A stretch of DNA of 64,000 nt from Gloeobacterales cyanobacterium (GTDB taxonomy: Bacteria > Cyanobacteriota > Cyanobacteriia > Gloeobacterales > PMM-0068), in the NCBI GenBank assembly GCA_038245785.1, contig JBBRSB010000001.1:256001-320000 (forward strand). Reading direction: 5' to 3'. The notes beneath the pieces are model-generated. The model was not told the origin of the DNA, ran no database searches, and saw only the letters and a program-made list of their open reading frames with translations. How positions within the stretch are numbered: position 1 is the first letter of the stretch; each line of letters begins with the position of its first letter. A program made the position numbers and the translations under genes. Below are positions 20,602 through 29,355 of the stretch, piece by piece.

Positions 20602-23600
20602 TCAGTTCACCTTTGCTTTGAAGCGCATGAACCCATAAGAGGTAGAAGGCGTGCCGGGGCCTGTAGACGTAGGAACCGTACCCGCGTTGACAAAGGCTGC
20701 ACCCCTACTATTGTTTGTCCCTGTACAGGCTGAATCAAAGGGACCTGGGTCTGCTATAAACTTTCCTTGATCGCTATCAGCAAGGTCCGTAAGGTTCGTA
20801 GGAGCACTAGAACCTATGGCCAGTTGGAGATTATTAGCTACATACGTACTATTGCCTGGAACGAAATCACAGAGTTTCACGTTGCCAGCATCCCTGCCCC
20901 CATCAGAAAGGAAGTAGATAGTGTATTCGACCTCATCATTGGGACGGGCATCACTGCGATTGATCACTCCTGGGAGAAAAGGACTGAAATTAGGATTGCT
21001 GCCTGGTCCAGGGTCTAGAGTCGCGGTGACCAAGGCGGGGAGATTGGGCCAGCCGGAAGCATTATCATCACTACTGCCTGTTCCACTGTTCACATCTATA
21101 TAGGTTGTGGCAAGGACATTGAGACCATCGCGGTTGATGGCAGTAATACGCTTTACCAGACGGACATGGGGAGGAGAGGCCGTAAAAGTTACGGTCGCAC
21201 TGCTCGTACCGCCAGTACCCCCGTTGCTTGAACTGATATTGCCAGTCGTGTTGTTGTAGATTCCTGCCGTTGGTGCGGTGACATTGACTAAGACGGTGCA
21301 GGTGCCACCGACTGTGATCGAACCACTAGAAAAGGAGATAGAGGCACTGCCTGCCGCTGGGCTGAAGGTTGGGGTGCCACAGCCGCTCGTGCTGGCATTG
21401 GGCGCTGTGGCTACGACCATCGCTCCGGGAGTGGTTGGGAAGGTGTCGCTGAATTGAACCCCGGTTAAAGTTGTGGATGCATTGGGATTGGTCAGCGCAA
21501 ATCGGAGGGTTGTCGGACTTCCTGCTGGAACCGAGTCAGGCAAGAAGGTTTTGGTAATGGTCGGTGGGGAAAGCGCGGTGAGACTGTCTGCTGCCGTACT
21601 CCCCGTACCGCCATTGGTCGAACTCACCGTGCCACTGATATTGCTGTAGCTTCCTGCGGTGAGCGCTACTATGTCCACCTTGACTGTGCAGGTGGCATTG
21701 GCGGCAAGGGTTCCTCCTGAGAAAGAGATAGAGAGACTGCCTGCCGTGGGCACGAAGGTGGGTGTTCCACAACCACTGGTACTGGCGTTAGGCGTAGGGG
21801 CCACTACCATAACTCCCGGAATCGTTGGGAACGTATCACTGAAGGCCACCCCCGTCAGGATGGTGGATGGATTCGGATTGGTGAGGGTGAACGTCAAGGT
21901 AGTAGGAACACTTATAGCCACTGAGTTAGGAGAAAAACTTTTGCTAATCGTCGGTGGGGCTGTACTTACTACCGTTAGCGTTGACGTTGCTGCTACTCCT
22001 GCTCCTGTGTTGGCGGTAGTGACTGTGCTACTGGTGTTGTTATAGGTGCCTGCGGTTGGGGCTGTTATATTCACGGTGACCGTGCAGCTTTCACCCCCGG
22101 CAAGCGTGCCCCCTGAAAAGGCAACAGACGCACTGCCTGCCGTGGGCGCGAAGGTCGGTGTTCCACACCCAGAAGAAGTACTCGCGGCAGGAGTAGAGGC
22201 CACTTTCATCGCTCCTGGAGTAGTCGGGAAAGTATCGGAGAAGGCAACGCTGGTTAAGGCTGTGGTTGCATTTGGATTGGTAACGGTAAAGGTCAGTGTT
22301 GATGTACCGTTTGTTCCAATAGTGCTTGGAGTAAAGGTTTTATTGAGGACGGCTGGGGCCAATGTAAACAAAGTCGCACTGGCTGTATTACCTGTGCCTC
22401 CGTTGGTAGAACTCACCGCGCCACTAATGTTGCTATAGGTTCCTACGGCTGGCGCGGTTATGTTGACGTTGACCGTGCAGGTGCCCCCACCCGCGATTGA
22501 GCCATTGGAAAATGAGATAGAAGTGCCGTTTGCGGCTGGGCTGAAAGTCGGAGTCCCACAGCCGCTTGTACTCGCACTGGGTGTAGCAGCGACTTTCATC
22601 GCTCCTGGCGAGGTGGGGAAAGTGTCAGAGAAAGCCACCCCCGTTAGGGTGGTAGAGGGATTTGGATTGCTAATCGTGAATCGGAGGGTGGTCGTCCCGC
22701 CTGGTGCAACGGCATTGGGAACAAAGGCTTTAGTGATAGAGGGTGGGACTACTGCCGATACAGTGAGCGTAGCGCTGGCAGTGGTTCCTGTCCCTGCGTT
22801 TGTGGTACTCACCCCACTACTCGTGTTGTTGTAGGTTCCTGCGGCGGGTGCCGTGATAGCTACACTCACCGTGCAGGTACCTCCAGCCACTATCGAACCG
22901 CCGGAGAAAGATATGGATGCGTTGCCTCCAGTTGGCGTAAAAGTTGGCGTACCACAGCCATTGGTCGTGGCATTGGGCGTTGCAGCCACTCCCATTGCTC
23001 CAGGCGTCGTCGGGAATGTATCGGTGAAGGCCACGCCTGTTAAGGGCGTTAATGTATTGGGATTGGTGAGCGTGAAGGTGAGGGTCGAGGTTCCTCCAGC
23101 CAGGATGGGAGATGGAGAGAAGGCTTTTGTGATACTGGCAGGAGTAAGCACCGCTAAAGTAGCTGTATTACTGACTGCTCCTGCTCCTACGCCCGTCTGC
23201 GTAGTCGTTGCACCGCTGCTGGTATTGGCGTAGCTGCCTGAAGTCGCTGCAGTAACAACCACGGTAATCGTACAGGTCCCTCCCGCAGCAAGATTGCCAC
23301 TATTTAAGCCGACATTACTATTGCCTGCGGCTCCCCCTGTGCTCGTTCCACCGCAGGTATTGCTTAGCGCGGGTGTGGAGGCAATTACTAACCCGGAGGG
23401 AAAGGTATCGCTGAAGGTTACCCCTGTGAAAGAGGTAGCTGTGGCATTGCTCAGCGTCAAGGTCAGGGTCGAAGTAGCATTAGGTGCAATCGGACTTGTA
23501 GAAAAAGACTTGCTGATGGTGGGCGCACCGACGCTATTAGCAATGGTGGTTGTGTTGTTTGTGAGACTCGGATCCAAAGTGGTGCTAGAAGCTGTAGCCG

Positions 23601-24687
23601 TATTACTGACGCTATTCGGGGCTACTGCTGTCACGGTAACGGTAATCGTGATGTCTGGCAAACTGGCACCGCTAACTACACTGGCCGTATTGTTCGTACA
23701 GGTAACTACCTGTAAAACAGCACTACAGCTCCAGTTGGTCCCTGTGCCGGAGACATAGGTGAGGCCGATAGGAAGCGTGTCTTTAACCGTAAAAGGACCG
23801 CTGGCACTCTGAGGACCGCTATTGCTAACTTTGAGGGTATAGCTGCCATTGGTTGACCGTGGAAACATAGGGCTGGAGGCAGTCTTGGTAATCGAAATGT
23901 CAGCAAATTTTGTGATGGAACCGAGGTCAGTTAGGCCAGCTACAGTACTACCAATTATCGAACTTCCACCACTCGGATTGATCCGAATAAGGTTGGTTCC
24001 AGAGGTACCGTATAGAAGGCTATCAGAGCCGTAGACCAAACCTGTGACGCTCGCGGCTGCTCCGGTGGCCGTTGCTATCGTCGGCAGGGAGGGAGGCGAA
24101 CCGCTGGGAGGAACTGAAATAGTTCCCTGTACTGCATACAAGTTGGTGCCAGTCACGATAAAAAGCTGGCCTGCAGATGAAAACGCCATGTCTCCACCGC
24201 CGTTCAAGGGGGGACCTGATACAGAAGCAACCAGGGTTGGGGCCCCTGTTGTTAAGTCAACGGTGTAAATATTATTTGTGGCCGGATCCATTGTGAATAA
24301 AATACCATCCGACCTAAACGTAAGCCTGTTGGTACCAAATCCGAGTGAGGCACTTAGGACAGTATTCAAGCCTGTAGTAGGGTCCCAGTAGGCAGGCTTG
24401 CCAGGACTGGCAGCCGAGTCAACATAATAGATTCTTCCTGTAACAGGGTCTCTAGCAATTCCATTGGTACTGTAAGAAAAAGTTCCGACTGAAGTAGTGG
24501 CTGCTGTACTTGGATCAATGGTGTAGATCGTAGTGCCATTAGTGCCGTAAATAATGTCATCGCGTGGAGGAGAAGCTGCTTCTACTATCCTCGCACTCAA
24601 GCCAAACCAGACCATCCATAAGGCAAGACAGACTAGGGAATGAGAAAAGAGTTTTTTGAGTGCACCTTGATTTCTAAAAAGAGGCAT
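20602..24687 (-). CDS. Large secreted adhesin: beta-propeller-like head, one DUF11 domain, six tandem Ig-like repeats, truncated C-terminal DUF11-like domain
   Basis: Signal peptide (...ARIVEA); propeller-like repeats (GGGDMAFSSAGQLF); six PxxxKxF...FS/TDTFP...CG...CT...YxN repeats; ends GFMRFKAKVN. Confidence 0.85.
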   Translation of the reverse strand: MPLFRNQGALKKLFSHSLVCLALWMVWFGLSARIVEAASPPRDDIIYGTNGTTIYTIDPSTAATTSVGTFSYSTNGIARDPVTGRIYYVDSAASPGKPAYWDPTTGLNTVLSASLGFGTNRLTFRSDGILFTMDPATNNIYTVDLTTGAPTLVASVSGPPLNGGGDMAFSSAGQLFIVTGTNLYAVQGTISVPPSGSPPSLPTIATATGAAASVTGLVYGSDSLLYGTSGTNLIRINPSGGSSIIGSTVAGLTDLGSITKFADISITKTASSPMFPRSTNGSYTLKVSNSGPQSASGPFTVKDTLPIGLTYVSGTGTNWSCSAVLQVVTCTNNTASVVSGASLPDITITVTVTAVAPNSVSNTATASSTTLDPSLTNNTTTIANSVGAPTISKSFSTSPIAPNATSTLTLTLSNATATSFTGVTFSDTFPSGLVIASTPALSNTCGGTSTGGAAGNSNVGLNSGNLAAGGTCTITVVVTAATSGSYANTSSGATTTQTGVGAGAVSNTATLAVLTPASITKAFSPSPILAGGTSTLTFTLTNPNTLTPLTGVAFTDTFPTTPGAMGVAATPNATTNGCGTPTFTPTGGNASISFSGGSIVAGGTCTVSVAITAPAAGTYNNTSSGVSTTNAGTGTTASATLTVSAVVPPSITKAFVPNAVAPGGTTTLRFTISNPNPSTTLTGVAFSDTFPTSPGAMKVAATPSASTSGCGTPTFSPAANGTSISFSNGSIAGGGTCTVNVNITAPAVGTYSNISGAVSSTNGGTGNTASATLFTLAPAVLNKTFTPSTIGTNGTSTLTFTVTNPNATTALTSVAFSDTFPTTPGAMKVASTPAASTSSGCGTPTFAPTAGSASVAFSGGTLAGGESCTVTVNITAPTAGTYNNTSSTVTTANTGAGVAATSTLTVVSTAPPTISKSFSPNSVAISVPTTLTFTLTNPNPSTILTGVAFSDTFPTIPGVMVVAPTPNASTSGCGTPTFVPTAGSLSISFSGGTLAANATCTVKVDIVALTAGSYSNISGTVSSTNGGTGSTAADSLTALSPPTITKTFLPDSVPAGSPTTLRFALTNPNASTTLTGVQFSDTFPTTPGAMVVATAPNASTSGCGTPTFSPAAGSASISFSSGSITVGGTCTVLVNVTAPTAGIYNNTTGNISSSNGGTGGTSSATVTFTASPPHVRLVKRITAINRDGLNVLATTYIDVNSGTGSSDDNASGWPNLPALVTATLDPGPGSNPNFSPFLPGVINRSDARPNDEVEYTIYFLSDGGRDAGNVKLCDFVPGNSTYVANNLQLAIGSSAPTNLTDLADSDQGKFIADPGPFDSACTGTNNSRGAAFVNAGTVPTSTGPGTPSTSYGFMRFKAKVN

Positions 24688-24905
24688 AAATCCAAAGCAA
24701 AAGGCAGCCTTAAGTTAGTGTGCCCAGTTATTCTCCGTAAATATACGGGTTAGAGTCTAGGCATAGATGCTTCAAGGCCCCTCTACTTTTATAGATGCGT
24801 TGAATTCATTTCTATCAATGCTTATAGAGGTTGAGTAGAGCAGTATACTTTGCAAGTCCCATTTTTCAGCCTATTATAGTCCCATAATATTTCTTCATTA
24901 GTGCC

Positions 24906-25115
24906 ATGCGTACTCACATTGATATCGACGATGTCTTGCTCGATGAAGCTCGCGCCCTAGGAGGCTATACCACGATTAAAATGGCGGTGAATGTTGCTCT
25001 AGTTGAGCATGTCAAGCAGTTAAAGCGACAGGAACTTCTACGCCTTCGTGGTCAGATGCATTGGCAAGGCGATCTAGACTTCCTAAGAGCTGAACGGAAA
25101 TCCAATGCTGGTTGA
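24906..25115 (+). CDS. vapB: VapB-family antitoxin
   Basis: MRTHIDIDDVLL RHH-type start, WQGDLDFLR tail; overlaps the PIN gene. Confidence 0.85.
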   Translation: MRTHIDIDDVLLDEARALGGYTTIKMAVNVALVEHVKQLKRQELLRLRGQMHWQGDLDFLRAERKSNAG

Positions 25116-25491
25116 TACCTCCGTTTGGATCGACTATCTGAATGGCTATGATTCTCTCCAAGCCGACCTTTTGGCTAAAGCAATCGCAGAGGATGCATCT
25201 ATTGTTTTATGTGGGGTAGTTTTGACTGAAATCCTACTGGGTCTCCCGGAAGACGAAGCCAGCCGTATTGAAAACCTCCTAGAAGCTTTTCCGCTGGCTC
25301 CCGAACCTGAGCGACAGGATTATTGCGCTGCTGCTCATCTTTACCGAACCTGTCGCAGCAAAGGCATTACGGTCCATTCTGTGATCGATTGTCTGATTGC
25401 CCAAATCTCCCTCAAGCATAATTACCCCCTGCTTTCTAAAGATCGAAACTTCGTGCAAATTGCACGGTATTTCCCCTTACAGCTTTGCTAA
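25105..25491 (+). CDS. vapC: VapC PIN-domain ribonuclease toxin
   Basis: LVDTSVWIDY, EILLG, IDCLIA, LLSKDRNF. Confidence 0.9.
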   Translation: MLVDTSVWIDYLNGYDSLQADLLAKAIAEDASIVLCGVVLTEILLGLPEDEASRIENLLEAFPLAPEPERQDYCAAAHLYRTCRSKGITVHSVIDCLIAQISLKHNYPLLSKDRNFVQIARYFPLQLC

Positions 25492-25547
25492 CCCACCTCT
25501 AGTTTCTCTGGATGCTATGATTTCTATAGAAACTAGAGAATATAGAA

Positions 25548-25889
25548 ATGGGTAAAGGAAAGACTATCTCTGCGTACACTGATGAGCAAACGGCGCTCAG
25601 AGTGGGCGAGTTGGCCACGCAGGAGCAGCGCAAACCAGCGCAGATTGCGGGCGCGGCGCTCAAATTGTATGTACAGTTGCCACCAGAAGCCCGCGAAGCC
25701 TTTCGGGCTATCGAACAGCAGGGAGGTCCAGCCCTCAAGTTGATGCGACGCGAAGTGACTCGCGCTTTGCTGAATGCTCAGTACGATTGGGCTAAGCAGC
25801 AGGCTATCCAGGCCATGAATGCTCCGGCGGTAGAACTTGAAAGTGAGGATGAGCTGTTGGCTGAGGCGGTGAGACTAACACGCTCGTGA
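25548..25889 (+). CDS. Putative antitoxin (RHH-like N-terminus)
   Basis: KTISAYTDE beta-strand followed by helices; GTGA overlap with the downstream PIN gene. Confidence 0.6.
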   Translation: MGKGKTISAYTDEQTALRVGELATQEQRKPAQIAGAALKLYVQLPPEAREAFRAIEQQGGPALKLMRREVTRALLNAQYDWAKQQAIQAMNAPAVELESEDELLAEAVRLTRS

Positions 25890-26473
25890 GCAGCATTCTA
25901 CGCCTGTGTCTGGATCTCAACATTTGGTGTGGAGACCTCATTGCTGAGCAGCATGGTCGCACGGATACAGCTACGCGCAAGCTTGTCGAGATGGTGCGTG
26001 CTGGGCAAGGTTCGCTTGGCCCCGTGCAACTAATCATTTCTTGGGGGATGATCAATCGGTTGCGCAAGGTGTATGTACAGGATCTACACATTCCAGCATC
26101 CGTGGCCGATACTTTACTGGGGGCGATTGCTGGCTATGCCGCTGTCGGACCGGCTGGGACTCCGCCGACCCTAACCTTGGGTGGTACGGGTGTGATACCG
26201 CTTGCTGATACTGAAGATGCCCATGTGCTAGAGACCTGCATAGCGGCCAAGGCCCATATCCTAGTGACCGCGAACTTTGCTGACTTTCTGACGGGCGGCA
26301 CAACAGGTGCGACTGTACTCGAAGCAGGTCGGATTGCTTTCTACACGGACCCTAGTGGTAGTCTGCTCATTGCCCATCCCTATGTGATGGCAGGCTGGCT
26401 CAGGCAAGGGCAGATCCTACTCCCTGACGGCAAGCAATGGGAGGTCAATTCACCTTCGCCAGGAAGCGAATGA
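25886..26473 (+). CDS. PIN-domain putative toxin (PIN_3-like)
   Basis: LCLDLNIW, EDAHVLETCIAAKAHILVTANFADF. Confidence 0.75.
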   Translation: MSSILRLCLDLNIWCGDLIAEQHGRTDTATRKLVEMVRAGQGSLGPVQLIISWGMINRLRKVYVQDLHIPASVADTLLGAIAGYAAVGPAGTPPTLTLGGTGVIPLADTEDAHVLETCIAAKAHILVTANFADFLTGGTTGATVLEAGRIAFYTDPSGSLLIAHPYVMAGWLRQGQILLPDGKQWEVNSPSPGSE

Positions 26474-29078
26474 AACCATAGGAATTGTTAGGTATTCCCG
26501 GAGCTGTTGCATTCGGTAGGGTATTTACTCCTTTCTCAATGTCAACAACCACCGCTCCATTAGTATTAGTTCCTGAACAGTTAGTGCTTGGAGTTGTCCC
26601 ACCCACGAAGAATTCACCTCGGTCTGCGTCACTGGCATTGCTCATATAGGTCGTTGTCAGACCAATTGCCATCGCTATGCCTGAATCGGCCCCTGGTAAA
26701 CCGCCATCTGTGGGTATCAAACCATTAAAAGTATTGGGACTAAAGGTATTGTTAGCAGGCACTAAGTCACAGACCGCGATCTTGGTGAGCGGGACATCGC
26801 CACTAGACAAGAAGTAGATGGTGTATTCCACATCGTCACCGGGTTTGACGATGCCGCCATCAATTGCTCCTTTTAGATAATTTGCAGGCCAGTTGGGTTC
26901 GTTGTCGTTCAGGTCAGCGGTTGTAGTCGGATCTACCACCGTTGTAATCGGGCTGGTATTGATAGCGGTGATTCGTTTGACTAGACTCAGTTTTGGATTG
27001 TTGGCAACGGGTACCGTCACTGTTGTGGGGTCAAGTGCGGTATCGTTACCCGTATTACTTTCCCCTCCACCCGATACGGTTGCATTATTGGTAACGCTAG
27101 AGGCTGCATTGGAAGCAACGTTCACTGTAAGCGTAATGGCTGGATAGCTAGCACCTGCGGCCAGGGCATCACTGCGGGTACACTGCACTTTTCCTGCCGA
27201 GGGAGTGTTGAGAGCACAGGTCCAGCCATTGATGGTACCCGTTGGGCCCGTTGCCGTCAGACCTGTAGGCAGGGTATCGACTACCGTTACAGTGCCACTG
27301 GTTGCTGCACCACCAGAGTTGGTCGCGGTAATCGTATAGGTTGCTCCAGTTTGTCCCTTCGTAAAGTTGCCCGTGTGGGTTTTGGTAATGGTCAGATCAG
27401 GAATACCGTTGATATTGGTGAGGTCCGTGGTGCTGTTGTTGGTAGTGGTGGCCTCTCCTCCACCAGCTACCGTTGCACTGTTGGTGACACTGGGGGCTGC
27501 ATTGGAAGCAACGGTCACCGTAATCGTAATGATTGGATAGCTAGCGCCTACGGCCAGGGCATCAGCGCGGGTACAGGTTAGGGTTGCCAAGGTGCAAGTC
27601 CAACCCGTACCACTGATGGCGGTTGCCGTCAGACCTGTAGGCAGGATATCGACTACTGTTACCGTTCCGTTAGTCGCTCCAGCACCAGAGTTCGTTGCCG
27701 TAAGTGTATAGGTTGCTCCTACTTGTCCTTGGGTGAAACTCCCGGTGTGGCTTTTAGTAATGGTCAGATCAGAATAGCCAATGGGAGTCGCTACCGTATT
27801 CGAGGTTGTGCTAGAAGGCGTATAGGGTAAATTTGTTGAAAAAGATACATTGTTCTGGATAGGCGTAAGAATAGTGCCCGCCAGCACTTTAAATGTCAGT
27901 GTTAAGGTGCCTGGGGTTATAGAGGTACAGGCTACGTTGGCACAAGTTCCCGCAGGGACGATTAGGTTAGACCAATCAATGGTCGAGCCCGAGAATATGC
28001 CTCCATTGGAAGCCGAGCTTACAACGTACGTAGAATTAGCCGGAATAGCATCTGAAACATTAACGTTATCGCTTGAAATACCCTTGTTCAACAGCGTAAT
28101 GGAGTAAGTAAGTTGCGTACCGGGGGTAACTGGCCCTAAAGGACTAACAGCTTTGCTGATGGTCGTATCCGGTGGTCCGCTGAATAGGGTATTGAAATAC
28201 GCTTGGCTGTCCTTCAGGCTATCGGCTACATCATTGATGGTGGCTTTGACATGATAGGTTTGCCCAGCTTGGACCAAGGCAGTAAAGTTTTTTAAGGGGA
28301 CGGTTCCACCGTCCATGGTGAACTCAGCACCAGCAGCAGTTGAATCGTTTGGAGCGGGACAGGCGATTAAAGTACACCCTGCTTTGAAAAAGAATGAGGA
28401 ATTAGTAGTTTCATTGATCGTATTAATCTGAATAGGAGTAGTTGTATTGGGCAAGCTGGCCAAATTCACCCCTGCTACAGGCAACCCTGGCCCGGTGATG
28501 ATGATGTCAATATTGTCGTTATAAGCTGTGCCAACATATTCCCGGTATTCCCAAGAGAAAAATGAATAGTTAAGCCCGAAACTGTTGTATTGAGGCTTTA
28601 CATCAAACTCAACAGTGGTAATGTCAAAGTTTGGGGAGCTTCCCCCTCCTCCTGTACTTACAGTCCTGCTATTCAAAGTTCCTGTGCGCAGTACGATGCC
28701 ATCACCGGGGAATCCACCCGCATTCGTAAATGTCCCAACACCACTTGTCCCAACACTAATACCCTTCCCCGATACGTTTGAGGTGATGGTGACATTAGAG
28801 ACTGTTGATCCTGATGCTGACCCGGCCAAAGTCGATTGCAAGGTGCTGGTAGTTATGGTCGGCGTAATCGACTGAGCAAAGACCGCGCTGTTACTTATGA
28901 TCATGCCAACAGAGAAAATCGCCAAAAATACCATTACCTGTGCGAACAACCCAGTACCGGACAACCGATGATTACTGCCTTTCTTCTTAGGAGAACGCAC
29001 CCCTGCCTCCAAGGCAGATTCGGAATTGTCATGCCAGGGTGTAAAGAATGCGCTTAGATGTTCGACTAGAAATTTCAT
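26445..29078 (-). CDS. Secreted adhesin: choice-of-anchor-L-like head, three DUF11 domains, truncated C-terminal DUF11-like domain
   Basis: Start taken at ATG 29078 (AGGA upstream; the longer ORF runs through a repeat); signal ...NSAVFA; GIVLRTG/FFSWEYREYVGTAYND head; DLTITKxHTG repeats; ends GFIRFLAKVN. Confidence 0.82.
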   Translation of the reverse strand: MKFLVEHLSAFFTPWHDNSESALEAGVRSPKKKGSNHRLSGTGLFAQVMVFLAIFSVGMIISNSAVFAQSITPTITTSTLQSTLAGSASGSTVSNVTITSNVSGKGISVGTSGVGTFTNAGGFPGDGIVLRTGTLNSRTVSTGGGGSSPNFDITTVEFDVKPQYNSFGLNYSFFSWEYREYVGTAYNDNIDIIITGPGLPVAGVNLASLPNTTTPIQINTINETTNSSFFFKAGCTLIACPAPNDSTAAGAEFTMDGGTVPLKNFTALVQAGQTYHVKATINDVADSLKDSQAYFNTLFSGPPDTTISKAVSPLGPVTPGTQLTYSITLLNKGISSDNVNVSDAIPANSTYVVSSASNGGIFSGSTIDWSNLIVPAGTCANVACTSITPGTLTLTFKVLAGTILTPIQNNVSFSTNLPYTPSSTTSNTVATPIGYSDLTITKSHTGSFTQGQVGATYTLTATNSGAGATNGTVTVVDILPTGLTATAISGTGWTCTLATLTCTRADALAVGASYPIITITVTVASNAAPSVTNSATVAGGGEATTTNNSTTDLTNINGIPDLTITKTHTGNFTKGQTGATYTITATNSGGAATSGTVTVVDTLPTGLTATGPTGTINGWTCALNTPSAGKVQCTRSDALAAGASYPAITLTVNVASNAASSVTNNATVSGGGESNTGNDTALDPTTVTVPVANNPKLSLVKRITAINTSPITTVVDPTTTADLNDNEPNWPANYLKGAIDGGIVKPGDDVEYTIYFLSSGDVPLTKIAVCDLVPANNTFSPNTFNGLIPTDGGLPGADSGIAMAIGLTTTYMSNASDADRGEFFVGGTTPSTNCSGTNTNGAVVVDIEKGVNTLPNATAPGIPNNSYGFIRFLAKVN

Positions 29079-29102
29079 TACGGACTTCCTGGGAACTTTT
29101 TT

Positions 29103-29256
29103 GGCCCCCCTGCCCCCCCTAGCGAAGCTTCCCGAAGGGTACCTTGGGGGGTTCTGAGGGAAAGTTTTATAAGAACTGAACTCTGCCCACCCATCACTGC
29201 TGTCTGGAGCTGGAGAGGGATGTTTCTCCCCCCAGAATTGGGGGGCCGGGGGGGCC
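29103..29256. repeat. C-rich/G-rich inverted-repeat element with a nested ~22 nt insert
   Basis: ggcccccctgccccccc...cttgggggg left arm; ccccccagaattggggggccgggggggcc right arm. Confidence 0.65.
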
Positions 29257-29355
29257 TGCTCTAATAGTTCCCTTATCGGGCTGCACTTCTGAGGTTTTGT
29301 CCTTAACTGGCACATAATTTTCATCTCACCTTGGCTTGGAAGCGAATTTCCTTTT

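Noticed and set aside
20767..24268. Series of ~125-155 aa Val/Ala/Pro-rich plus-strand ORFs that look like a repeat array
   Set aside because: Antisense shadows of the Thr/Gly/Ser-rich repeats of the 1361 aa adhesin; similar shadows occur over the other DUF11 genes
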